From Raillietiella orientalis (taxonomy: Eukaryota): a DNA stretch of 64,000 bases. The position numbers were made by a program, and so were the translations under genes. Every line of letters starts with the position of its first letter. Position 1 is the first letter of the stretch. The stretch lies in NCBI GenBank assembly GCA_036172245.1, contig JAYWIR010000079.1, positions 1-64,000 on the forward strand, read 5' to 3'. Positions 45,046 to 57,647 of the stretch are shown here, piece by piece. The notes beneath the pieces were generated by a model. It ran no database searches. It had not been told where the DNA came from and worked only from the letters and a program-made list of their open reading frames with translations.

Positions 45046-47800
45046 AAACGTCCCGGAGTGACCGGGTACAAGCCAGAGCCGCCATCGGCGAACCTGGTGC
45101 GCAAAGTTCGGGAGCTCGAAGACGATGCGCCACTTTTCCACGTTCGTGGGCTCTGCTGTCCTCTCTTGCTGGTGGCAGACAAGTGCAGCAGCCTCCGTTT
45201 GCGCACTATACGCACTGGATTGCGTGCGCGGCGGCAAGGTACCCCACGTGGAAGGGTGCACCTCCAAACCAGATGGCAACTCGTGGACTGCTTTATCACC
45301 AGCAAGCTTGGTGCAGTGGACAGTGTTCCCTGAATTCAAGTACAGAAAAACAGCAAAAAAGAAGTTCAAAGGGAATTACCATCTGCACGCAAGCCGGCTT
45401 TTAGGGAATTCTTGAACCGAAGGGAAAGGACAATAAACAAGTAAAAAAACGGGAGATTAGGGACAGCAGTCTTTACTACGTCACGTTCCTTTCTTCCTAA
45501 AAGCGGCTGTGTATGGTGGCCATCTCCCTGATGACTTCTTCCTACAGGTAAGGCCACCTTGCAGCCGTCCTCATCAAGGCCGCCTGCCATGCGAGTGGCC
45601 TCCCTTTCCTGCGAGTGAGAATCCATCACATAGTAGGCTGTCACAATGGAGCGGAGGCAACAGAGAGTTGCGATCACAGCTCCTGCCGCCGGTCCGCCTT
45701 CCGTGAAAAATGGCCGCAGCAATCCAGCGGATGGCGGAGTGCCGAGGCTGGTCTCCGTCTAGTGCGGCTCCGAATTTCATTTCACACGTTCCCTCCTTCG
45801 TTCGAATCCAGAGGGGTAAGCAACAGCAAGCACTCTGCGCCATTCCCTGATCGCGATTTTAGAGGAACCGTTTCTTCTTCGGAAGCAATAAGCTCACGCA
45901 CACGTCGATGCGGCAACGCGCTGGCCTGCGCTTGGAGTCGCGAACGGCACGGTAGGAGATCCGTACCGCCACGGAACGCTCGCAACGCAAGGTCGACCGA
46001 ACGCAATGCCAAGGCCAAGGGCGCACATGGCTCGGAAAGCACGTGGCGGCACGACAGTAAGTGATGGCAGTGCTGGTCACCGAGACCATCTCAGAATGGC
46101 AGTTCGTCCTTGCCGATGGAGGGAGCTGCAGTTCGCGCCCTCCGCATTCGTCGAAGCCAGCCGACTTTTCACTTTTTTTGTTTGAGTCGTCCGACGGGTA
46201 ACCGGGCGAGAATCGAATTAATGAATTGCGAAAGGCGTCGCTGCTTCCGTTGCGAAGCATTTTCGACCCAATGCGACCGCTTGGTTCCGTTGGACAACTC
46301 CTGCACCACAGAAGCGTGGTTCGTCTACCTTCAAAAATCAGAAGTTTCTCTTGGTCTGTTCTCCGACGGCAAGTTCCTTCTTCCAGAACGAGCTACTATC
46401 TGGAGCAACTTTGTTTCCTCCTCCTTTTCGCTGGTCCATTCCCAAATTCGGCGTAGATTCGGGAGCAGCATCTACTAAGAAAGTCCTGTGGGGTACTACT
46501 ATGTCTCGTATCCGCCTGAAAGAACTGATGGCGCCCCGACACGATGCTGGAACTGCAAGTACAGTCCACGACTCTGGCCCTCTGTGCCAAGTGGTGGAGT
46601 ACTCTGTAATGTGACCCCGCATGCCTTATCCTGCAGCCTTAACCAGACACTGAAGAACTTGCTTTGATGCTGACGGTGTGATTTTAAAAAGATGAGGAGG
46701 TAAGGATATCCATCAAGGCGAATGGTCTCGATACTGCAGCAACACCGCTGCATCTTCTGGCTTCACAGGAACTTCAACGCTTGGCGGCAGGAGACTATGG
46801 AAACCTGGGTGTCCATCTTTCAGCTGAACCCTGAAGAACTTCGTTCCTTAAGAATCTGCTTAGCATCACGTTGGAAGTACTGCTCCAGGACTTCAGGAAG
46901 TCGTCAAGACTGACTGTTACATCCCGTTCTTCAGTGTTATCTGCCCTCAGGGCAAGCAATGACAGTGGCCAACTGATAGGATGGTAGTTCTTCTGCACAT
47001 TGCGGAAGTAACTAAATTCCAAGACGACTAAAAGACATGAGCTGGCCGACGCCACTGCTCCACGGTATGGGACTACTTCAATAAAAAGAATTCTTTAGTG
47101 TGTCTCTCGCAAAACTGGTGGTCTCTTCACTTTGTATGGATGTTTCGGCGCTCCCTTTCTGGTGAAAACACCAGAAGATGCTTTTTCTGCACTGGGGATT
47201 CCGGTGTAAAGAGCGATTACACCTCATTTCCGGGGAATTGCATCTCTGAACTGTTCTAGGTGGCGACGATAGAACCTTTCCCGTACCTGTTGCTGAACTT
47301 CGATGCCCTCCTGTAACTGCGAAGAAGGCTGGCCTCAGCGCTGCTGCATGTGGAGGACACTACGAGATACTTGCTGCGACGCTTCTTCGCATGAGATGGG
47401 CTTTCGTGTGGCAAAATCACAGCAACGTTGGGTTGCGTGCGAACCATCTTGGCGGCTAGAGTCGTTCTGCATCTGCTCTCGTAACAACGGTAAATCACTC
47501 GCCTAGTAGTTGCTTCGTGAGGGCTGCAGCGAGATGGACCCAATTGCCGCAAGAGCTCGCCCATATCTCAAGAAAGCTGTAGAGAAGGAACGGCTTCTTC
47601 CAAAGATCTCTGTAACCGCGGTTAGCATCTTTTATATTCATTGTCTCCTCCCTGCCTTCCGGACTGTCTACTTGACCGACCTGCGTGTCCGTGAAGCCTT
47701 TCCGCGGACTTTCGTTTGTTTTCCTCGGCAACTCGCTCTCCCAATTATTTGTGCGTTTATTCTTTTGTTTTGAGAAATAAACGTCCCGGCGTGACCGGGT
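45046..47800. other. GC-rich island bracketed by 22-nt direct repeats (possible degenerate mobile element)
   Basis: AAACGTCCCGGAGTGACCGGGT (45046-45067) and AAACGTCCCGGCGTGACCGGGT (47779-47800) match at 21/22. Each holds a CCCGG/CCGGG hairpin and is preceded by TTTGTTTT. The interior is CpG-rich with no recognisable protein. Confidence 0.45.
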
Positions 47801-50800
47801 CTAAAACAAAACAGCAGAATCCGTAAACCTGAGAAGGTGCAACCTTCTTCCGTGAGATGCCTCGCCTAAAGTGGTCACGCTTTAGTTCTGAGGGGCCAGA
47901 GCTACAGAAGGAATGATGGATTCAAGATAGTGAAATTATTACTTCCTTGCATTCCTTGACGCCAGTGTGAAGGCTCATTTATGAGCGAAACTGAATTGGA
48001 CGCTTCTGTAGCATCTAGAGTTCCTCAGAAGATGGAAGATTGCTTATGCAGTTGAGCAAAAAAGTGTATCATGTTCTCTTGTATAACTGTCCCGGGTTCC
48101 AGTGACAGTAAGAGAGTTCTCTTGAATAACTCTTGTTAACTCTTATTCACTTGAACACTGAAATTTCCTGTATGGTCTTGCAGTAGCTGCGCAGCTGAAC
48201 TTCTCTTTATGAGTTTCTGAATAATGTGGAATCGTACTGCAGGTCTTTCAGCTTCTACTTTTCCGAAAAAGAGCAACGCATGTTTACTGTGGTATCTTTG
48301 TGCATTCCAACTGGAGGACCTATTCCAGGGATCGCATGCTCACCGAAGAAGAAATGTTCTGTAGTAACCTTTCCATGGCTCTCTGACTTTTTCTGCTTAC
48401 ATTATTCCAATTGCCTTCATCCAAAAAGTGAAAGTGATCGCGTGCTGCAGGAGACTGCCTGTATCCTGTATAATGCTAACTTCATGGAAATGAGGAATTG
48501 AGTTGTTCGCTTTCCTTCGTATTTGTGGCAAAATCTCTCCCTTATCTGTTTTTCAACTAGCGTAACCAAAATTTGAGTAGCAGGTTTTTCGGAAAAGTAG
48601 AAGATACAGGCACAGAGGTGCCGATACTGCAAAACACAATATTGAGATTGGTGACGTGTCTCCTCTAGAGTTAACTGTTAACTATCCACAACAGTTATAA
48701 ACAGCAAAATAATATCCTTTGGCACAGGAAGCTCTCGAAATTTGGTCTGAGCACTTTTTTTCTCCCTCATTTACTGTGAACTGCAAGTCAAGAACAAAAC
48801 CACGGTCTTCCACTGAAGTAGAAGTAGTTTACTCATCCAGAGATACAGGTTTTATTGCCTTTATTTGATGAGCCTGTCCCTAACTAAAGTGCGAAAAATC
48901 GGTTTTGCAATTCCTTTTCTCCCTGTGTCTTTCTGCCACGCAACCAGCACATGCAGGTAGGTGTCGTTTGAGTGAGTGAAAGAGCGCTTCTCGCACTTCC
49001 TTCATACCTTCACCTATATACTCCTTTGGTTATTTCCGATTAGTTTGCATTGGTCCCTCGGAAAGCGTCAAATGCGTAGCCTTGATCTGGAAGGATAGAT
49101 TTTGATTTGATGAATTTTTTGACTCTCAGATTTCTCTATTAGCATTCTAAAAGTAATGCAGAGAGGCTGTGGAATCGCCCTAAGGAGAAGTGGACTCGAA
49201 GAACTGGCTTCAGGCAGTCAATTGCTTCAAGCGTATGACTTCTGTGTCCAGCTCGAGTACGTCTCTAGCTATGAAGATTAATAGATGGTTGGAAACCTGA
49301 CATTTTCTCAGGATAGATAGAAGGGAATAGGATCTCTGCAGAAGGCTAAAAGCGAGTCCGGAAAAGAACTCCTGCTTCCGGAAACTGTTGTCTCTCAACA
49401 GTCCAATAGGAAAGAAACTCCATGATAGTGGCATAGAGTTCAAGAAAGCAAAGGAAGATTTCGTGACATAGGGTCCAAGTAAGTCCTTACCCCCATGATT
49501 GATCTAGTTATGGTTTCTAGGTATTGCAATGGTCCGATTCTCGAAGCGACAAATGCTCTGATTTGGTACAGAAGAGATCGAGGCAGTTCTGCCTGTCACA
49601 AGGAGACAATTCGAAATTTCATTAATAAGAAGCAAAGAGCCCTAAAAATGGATTTCGCTCAATCGTCGGCACTATTCCTAACCGCCGAGACAGGATACAA
49701 ACTCAATTCCTTTCTTCTGGAGTTCCTTTGCCGGAGGACGGCAGGTTCTTCAGTTCCGGTGAACAGGAGGGTCACGACGGTGCGCGCAGAAGGCTTTGGG
49801 CGAGAGATCGCCTGGAGCCGCCGTCGATGCAGATCTTGGTGCAGTATCAAATAGCCCAATGAGATACCGAGGATCTGATGTGAAGAAAGGTTTCAGGAGA
49901 ATAGTTTTTGAGCATGGTTCAATCGATTACCAAGTCCCCGGAGATTTCTGCTGCTATGTACTTCTTCGGTACTGGGGAAAATGGTTTTCTAAATTAGGCC
50001 TGAGGGGACAAAGCTGCAGAGTTCACGCTTTGCTGCCAGCTGGAAAGCCCAAGTCGTGAGATCTCACAGGTCTACACGATCTTGTGGCTTATACTTCCAG
50101 AGCTTCTTCAGGCAGACAGCTTAAAAGATCCATCCTTTAAGGCAACATTGGAAGATATAGGGTGCCAAGAAGGGCATTCTGCTTTCTTATTGACCTCAAG
50201 AAGTCTCTATCGATTCTCCTGAATGTCGCACAGGTTTCTATCCCCTGAGACAAAGAAACTGTCTCTGACGACCCAGAGTGGCTTGGTTGAGAGAGAACTG
50301 AGAACCAAATATATGGAACCATGCTTCTTTCTGATCTTTGAAACATTTCCCTGGCACTCTGCAGTGGAAAGCTCATCCATAGCATAGGACACGCACACCA
50401 CGGTATCATGAGAGGAGCTAGAATACTTTAGAATGTTTGTTCTAGTAAGCAAGAATTTGCTTCTAGTTGAGCTTCTTTAGTGGTTACAAGAAGTTGAATG
50501 CTGGTTCAGCAAATGAAGTGTGTTTTTCCCATTTTTTTCCTCCTCAGAAAGAACAAGGTCCATTATAAAAATTTGCATTTTCTGTTTACACTGCATGCTC
50601 AGCTTTCTAGCCACTCCCTGAGTGAATGGTGTTATTTAAAACGAGATGTTCAGAACAAGACAAATTGAATAAGTAAATTCAATTCCTTGCAGAATTGAGG
50701 GATAATATGAAACCAACTGTTAATCTTTGTTTCCGTTTTAGAATATTTAGCTTTTGCTGAAACATCCCCCCGAGATGCAGAGACGATCGAATACTCAGCA

Positions 50801-50988
50801 AATGCTTTCATCTGAGATTTAATACCAGCGGATTACAGCGATGAATTTGTAATTTAATTTTAGTTTCAAAATTCTTTCCACAAAGTGTCAAGAGTCCTAA
50901 GAATAGCCGCGTTCCTAACGCGCAGAATAAAGTCGGTCGGATCACCGCTCACGGAGCCTTACGTGTCTCATTTGCGGATGTGCACGGT

Positions 50989-51002
50989 GTCGCTATAGTA
51001 AC
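50989..51002. promoter_or_regulatory. X-box-like (RFX/DAF-19) motif
   Basis: GTCGCTATAGTAAC fits the GTHNYY-AT-RRNAAC consensus. It ends 16 nt before the MDH2 ATG, in a CpG-rich promoter-like patch. Confidence 0.35.
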
Positions 51003-51018
51003 GAAAGGCCTGCTGAAC

Positions 51019-53699
51019 ATGTTGCTAAACTGGACGAGAGCCTGTCAAAATGTTTACTTCAGAAGATCTGTGAGTTCATTGCAGGTACTGTAACCATGCA
51101 TTAATTGGAATTAAATTTCTCCTTCTCTCAAGGGAAAACCTCTCTTAGAGAATTACCGATTTAGTTGCGAAAGATTGTTTGGAATGAAGTTCGTGAAATG
51201 TAAAAGGATTATCAAAATCATTTTGACGAAAGCTCTTTGCTGATCGGGTAGTGTTTTGACCCATAAAGGAAATGTGAATTTATAGTTTGAAATGAGAAAG
51301 ACGATTTTCAGTTGATTTATTCTCAAGTACATTTTTGTGTGGCAGTGAGTTTATCGACAATCTTGTTCTGAAATCCATTTTTAAGTAAAATTCTTGTGAT
51401 TGCTATCAGTTTGACTGGTATGTGCACGTGAGGAGGGGACGGGGTATTTTCCAGATCACTTATTTTTTTTTCGGTTCATCAGCAATTATTAAAGCAGTGT
51501 CAAAGTCTTTTTAATCAGATTTCTCGCGCCAAACAGAGTTTTGTGATTTATGTTATTGTCATGTTTATAGCATCAAACACAAGAAAATAACGATTTTCGA
51601 AACCGTTTACAGCTACGTAACTTTATAAAAAATTAGTTTTCATTCATTTTTTGAATTGAGGAACTCCCCATTCCCAGAAAAAGCCAGCATAATAAACCAT
51701 TTTGCCTCGGACTCCCAGAATTGGTGATGCATCAGTTCAATAAGGAATTTATCTAATTATACTTATATTCTTCAGCATGTTTTGAAATGCCGGTGTAGTA
51801 GCCCAGAATCTGTAGTTTGTATGGCTGCTAGATACACATGCAGTAATAACATTCCAGAATTTCAGCTCATATGTCTTTGTACAGACCTTAAGTTTTTTCA
51901 TAGAAAAAGATAGTATGTATAAGGATAACCAATGGAATGCTGTGTATATTTTTTTTGGTATGTTTATGAAATACCTAATGTAAACGAAAAAGTTTGATCA
52001 TATTACTAATAATTACTAGTTGTGTGGATCATTGACCCTTTAAACCTAGTCTTGACCTTCATTTTAGTGATGTTGATAGGCTGGTCATTAGCACTGTCAA
52101 CTGGGTCACTTGCATTAAATAATTGCTATGTGGTTGTATGTGTATGATTGTAAAAAACTGGTTTCCAAGAATAAAAAATTCAAATGAGTAGAAATTGCAG
52201 ATAACGGATTTTTTGAATCAACTAGTAAATCACTGATTTTGCCAAAGTTTACTTGCATTTAGTTATGCAAGTAAATTCATTTTGCATATAGTTATGCATC
52301 CACGTATGTGTATCAATACCTGTATTTATATTATATTTTTATCTTTTTTGTTCAAGGATGCAAATTATGTGTGTGTTTATCTGATCTGTAAGTGGATACC
52401 TTGCTGAATTTTTTCAATAACAATATATTTCGAAAATGCTGCACATTATATTTTACATTTTTTCAATTCATTCAGTTTATGTGTATCTAGCAATTGCAAT
52501 CTTTGGTTTAGCTGATGTTACTGGTGTTATTAAAGCTTCTTTCTGTGTTCCTTTAGAAAAGCCATAAGATCGCTGTTTTGGGTGCAAATGGAGGAATTGG
52601 CCAACCATTGGCTTTACTTTTGAAGCATTCACCACTAGTCAAGGTACTTTCTTTGTATGATGTTGTTGGTACACCAGGAGTGGCTGCTGACCTCAGTCAT
52701 ATTGAAACTAAAGCTAAAGTTGAAGGTTATCTTGGACTGCAGCAATTAGAGGTTTATTTATAAGTTACTTTGCTTTGGTAATTATTTAATTTTGTATCCT
52801 GTTTTCAGAAAACCTTAGTGAATTGTGATCTAGTTCTTGTTCCAGCTGGAGTACCTCGTAAGCCAGGAATGACTCGTGATGATCTGTTCAACACAAATGC
52901 TTCCATTGTTAAAACACTTGCTGAAGCTTGTGCTGAAATATGTCCTAAAGCACTTCTAGGAATTATTACAAATCCAGTAAGAATAACACAGTAAATCAGC
53001 TGCAGAATTTAGTTTTGTATAGGTAAACAGCACACTTCCAATAGCATCAGAAGTATACAAAAAAAAGGGAGTATATGATCCTAATCGGATTTTTGGTGTT
53101 TCTACTTTGGATGTAGTCAGAGCAAATACTTTTGTGGCTGAAGCTAAAGTAATGAGGTACAAATGTGTGTTCATAATCATGTTTCCCATTTCAGGGATTA
53201 GATCCATCTTCTGTTAATGTTCCTGTTGTGGGAGGCCATTCTGGAATTACCATTTTGCCACTGTTTTCTCAGGCTATTCCTACTTTGAACTTTGACCTAG
53301 ATCAGCTGAAAACATTGACAGAGAAAGTCCAGGAAGCTGGCACTGAAGTAGTGAAAGCTAAGGCTGGAGCAGGATCAGCCACTCTTTCCATGGCGTATGC
53401 AGGAGCACGATTTGCTTTTTCTCTCCTTCGTGCTTTGAATGGTGAACAGGGGGTCATAGAATGTGCATATGTGCACTCAAATGTAACTGAAGTACCTTAT
53501 TTTTCTACCCCATTATTATTAGGAGTAAGGATAACTTTTTTTCACAATACGTGCTCAATGATGTTTGTAGGTTAATGGTCTTGAAAAGAACTTGGGATTG
53601 GGACAGTTGAGCACTTTTGAAGAAGAGCAACTTCAAAAGGTTTTACCAGAGTTGAAAAAGAATATTGCCAAAGGAGAAGCGTTTGTCACACAAACATAA
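51019..53699 (+). CDS. MDH2: Malate dehydrogenase, mitochondrial
   Basis: Exons 51019-51084 ([22 protein letters not shown], presequence-like: Arg-rich, no acidic residues), 52557-52751 ([15 protein letters not shown]...GVAADLSHI), 52809-52976 ([20 protein letters not shown]...ITNP), 53023-53148 (VNST...TLDVVRA), 53195-53524 (GGHSGITI...[11 protein letters not shown]) and 53571-53699 (TAA). Confidence 0.96.
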
Positions 53700-53719
53700 C
53701 TTGATTAATGTGGAATATT

Positions 53720-53725
53720 AATAAA
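53720..53725 (+). promoter_or_regulatory. Candidate polyadenylation signal of MDH2
   Basis: AATAAA about 20 nt after the stop codon, with a U/GU-rich tract downstream (53806-53832). Confidence 0.55.
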
Positions 53726-53888
53726 AATGTTGTAAGCATCAAACCAAACACATGTAAGTGGTAGCCTTGGCGCAAGAATGTTGAACCACTTTCATTGTCC
53801 AAAAAGTGTTGTGCTTTTGTTTGTATTATTTCATCTGGGAGAAGTAACAAGACCACCAAAAATCTGTAATAATAATGCAGTCGAGTAG

Positions 53889-56800
53889 ATGAATAATACA
53901 GAGATTGTAATTGAAGAAAAACAGTTTTCCCGTATTGAGTGGGATAGATTACCAGCAGAAGTAAATCCCAACATTGTAAATGCACTAAAAAAACTTGGGT
54001 TTATTTATCCTACTGCAGTGCAAGTAAGTAATTAATTTTTGTGAGTATTTGCAACTTCATTATCATTTAGGCAGCTTGCATTCCCCTGCTATTGCAGAAT
54101 AAAGATGTGTTTGTGGAAGCCATAACAGGAAGTGGGAAGACATTGGCTTTTCTGGTCCCTTTGCTGCAGCGTTTAATGGTGAGTTGCTGATTCTAATCTG
54201 AGAATTAGCTGTAATTTTCAAAAGACTATAAGTTAGCACCAACACACTGTAGCTAATTAATTTTCAAGGATTGACTTCTAGCAGTTATAATTCAAAATTA
54301 AAAAAAAAAGTTTTCAAATTTTATGGTTTAAAGTATCTTGCACGAACATTACATATGTACCAGGAAAAAAAATGCAGCATATTGGCTGGAGTAATTTTTT
54401 AACAATTTCCCACATGATTTTATTCTGACTTCTAAGAGGTTTCTAAACACCTCTTGCAATTGCAAAAATATCTTGTTTACGTATTCAAACTCGTTCGATT
54501 GGGAGAAGTCGTAAAATCTGTGATTATTAGAAGTGTGCATTTTGCTTTCCTGGGTCACTTTATGCACTAATGGCATTAGTTGACTGAATTTGGTTTCAGA
54601 ATGGCAAAGTGTCTCAACATGCACAAGTTGGTGCTATTGTCATCGCACCTACTCGAGAACTAGCACGCCAAACTTATGAATTATTAACTATGTTAATGAA
54701 TCTTCTGGAAACTGGTTTGTCATATATCATGTTTACAGGAGGTGAAGACCTTAAGAAGGAAATCAGTACTTTTCAAAAGTCTGGTGGCAACATTATCATT
54801 GCCACTCCTGGTCGCTTGGCAGATTTGTTCTCTCAGAAAAGTGCAGATTTTAATTTATCGTCCAATGTGAAGTTTCTTGTGAGTATGTCTCCAATTATGA
54901 TGCATATTAATTGCACCATAAAGGAGGTCCTGATTTTGGATGAAGGTGACAAATTGTTGGACTTGGGATTTGAGAAAAGCTTAAATTGTATATTGAGTTA
55001 TCTTCCTAAGCAAAGACGTACTGGCTTATTTTCTGCTACCCAAACAGAACAATTAGAGCAACTTGTGAGGGCAGGCATGCGCAATCCTTTTGTAGTACGT
55101 GTAGTCAGCACTTTGGGCAGCAGAACCCCCCAGTCATTACAAAATTACTATTTAATATGTAATCGAGAGGCAAAGTTTGATATATTATTGGGTTTAATCA
55201 AACAGCAGTCACCCAACATTAAAGCTTTGGTATTTTTTTCTACTTGTGCATCTGTGGACTACTTTGGATTGGCTATGCAAGAGTGAGTATGAAAGATGCA
55301 TTATGAAGTACGAGATTTGTTTTCAATTTTAGACTGTTGAAATCTGTGACTGTATATAGTCTCCATGGGAAAATGAGGCATCGACGTTATTCAGTATTTG
55401 ATAAGTTTCGGAACTTGAAAACAGGTCTCTTACATTCAATTTGAGTTTTGTTTTTTTAAAAAAATGTTTTTGCAAAAATTCCAGGTCTTCTTCTATGCAC
55501 AGATGTCATGGCACGTGGTATTGATATTCTTAATATTGACTGGGTGATTCAGTTTGATCCTCCTTCTTCAGCATCTGCATTTGTGCACCGTTGTGGTCGT
55601 ACTGCACGTCAAGGTCATAAAGGAGCAGCATTGCTTATGTTGTGTCCTGAAGAAGACGCTTATATTCACTTTTTGGAATGTAATCAAAAGGTATAATGAA
55701 GTCACTGTAGTCATATAGGAGCAGATTACTACTATCCGTTTAGGACCATTAAATTGCACACAAAAGGTTTTATTTTTGCAGGTAGTCTTACATCCTCTGC
55801 CATTTAAAATACATGAAGAACCATCGCTTCATCACCTTCAAAAGATGGCACTTGCTGATCGTGCAAGATTTGATAAAGCTAATCGTGCTTTTGTTTCTTT
55901 TGTGCAAAGTTACAAGAAACATGAATGCAATCTAATTTTTCGAATCCAAGGTAATTTCTTGGCGAAATTTATGGTATTTTTCAAAGCTATCAGTTTCATT
56001 GGGCATTTTATAATGTTCTGTTTCGTTTGGAAATTCTCATTTGCAAAATCATATGTGGAGGTACAAATCACATTTTCGAATCAATTTTCTGTATTAAAGC
56101 AAATTACAGCATTTTGAATCTTAGAAGGAAATAGGAAATTTTTTATGATAAACTGCATTTTGAGAGGCTTAGTTAAATGCTTGTCCTGTCTTTTTTGTTT
56201 TCTGTTTTTCATGTAGCTGCCTTTTTATTTTTGACTTTTTCATATATGGAATTATATGATTTCATTCTGTATATGAATTTTTGCAGAATCAGAGCATGCA
56301 AATTAGTGTCAGGAAATATAGATGATTAATAAGCTTCTAAAATAAGATATTGCAATACATTTTCATTTGATTAGCAAAACTTGGACTTGAAAAACAAATT
56401 CTTCATAGAACTTGTTTTTTAGATTTAAACATGGGCAAATTGGCTACATGTTTTGGTTTATTGAAAATGCCACGCATGCCAGAACTGAAAGGCAAAACTA
56501 TTCAGGAAGAAGATTTTTCAAACTGTGATGTCGATGTTTTAAAGATTCGATACAAGTGTGATAATGTTTGACTCTGGATAAATTGCTAATATATAATTAC
56601 AGAGATAAGTACAGAGAGAAGTTGCGTCAGGAGCGGCTGAAACAGCTGAAGGAAACTGGAGTGTGGCCTAGCAAAAAAAATAAACAACATCTCTTAAGGA
56701 AAAAGCTGCGGAAAACTAAAACTAATTTTGTTGCTGTCAAAAAAAAAGTACATAGGACCAAGAAACATCAGTACAGCAAAGAAGATCTGGAAGAGATAAT

Positions 56801-57089
56801 AAAAGATGCAGCCCTATTAAAGAAGTTTAAAAAGAGAAAGGTACAGGTGCAACTGCGAGCAATAAGTACTTAACCAAGTACTTCCATAACATTCTCGTTA
56901 AATACGAGTTGCACACTAATGTATTGTTCTTTGTGAAATTTTGTATTGTCAGTATTTCAAATCACATAGAACATTGTTAGCTGTGATGTTTAACATTTGT
57001 ATCTTCTAGCTACACAATGTCTTCATGTAGCTTTTGTGTTTCAGATTAGCCAAACTCAGTTTGAAAATTCGTTTTTGGAAGAAAGTTAA
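53889..57089 (+). CDS. DDX55: DEAD-box RNA helicase DDX55/Spb4-like, multi-exon
   Basis: Q motif GFIYPTAVQ (exon 53889-54023), motif I AITGSGKT (54071-54178), [28 protein letters not shown] and HRCGRTAR. C-terminal family features AFVSFVQSY and [12 protein letters not shown] plus a basic tail. Last exon 57045-57089 ends in TAA. Confidence 0.93.
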
Positions 57090-57647
57090 GTTAATTTGGA
57101 ACAGTTAACTATGCTGGAAATGAAAATGTGAATGCATGATGTTGAGAAGTGCCATGAAATAAGGCAAAATTAAATCTGACCCATCTGTATCATTCAGCAA
57201 AAGCATGCTATGTCATGGTAGTTTCATGCCATGCAATTAATGAGAGAATCAGCTTTCACCAGTATACACTAGCACAATGAATCAGAAAATCAGAAATATG
57301 AAATCTGTACTTTTTACAAGCATTTTAAAAAATACAACGAGTATTTCCCTAATTTCATTTCTTTAAATTGAAATTATTATCAGCTGAATAATTTGATTTT
57401 AATTTTGTGTGATGCATACCAGAAGCCTTCTAATATTAGGAAACCATTTTTTAGTGGTGTTGCATTAAATTGTCTACATACAGTAGCAAGACATTGGCAA
57501 AAAAGTAATGAGTAAGTTGCATAGAGTAGTAATGAGCTACCACAGCAGTCAGTCATACTAAAATTACTGGTACCAAAACACAGAATTTCCCTTCACAGCC
57601 TTGTAAAAAGTTCGCAGCTACAGAGATTTAAGAGGAAACTCTTCAGT

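Noticed and set aside
44960..45070. Spliced-leader RNA gene (U-rich tract, AACG, terminal stem)
   Set aside because: No convincing 22-nt leader with a correctly spaced GT donor and no clean Sm site.
47962..47995. Hammerhead-like GTGAAG-GCTCAT-TT-ATGAGC-GAAAC
   Set aside because: Core deviates from CUGANGA, and there is no stem I or valid NUH cleavage site.
48082..48699. Two nested 9-bp inverted matches (TATAACTGT/ACAGTTATA and GTTAACTCT/AGAGTTAAC)
   Set aside because: Short, AT-rich and unevenly spaced; cannot be distinguished from chance.
52248..52275. 11-bp hairpin TTTACTTGCAT/ATGCAAGTAAA in MDH2 intron 1
   Set aside because: Short and AT-rich; no supporting context.
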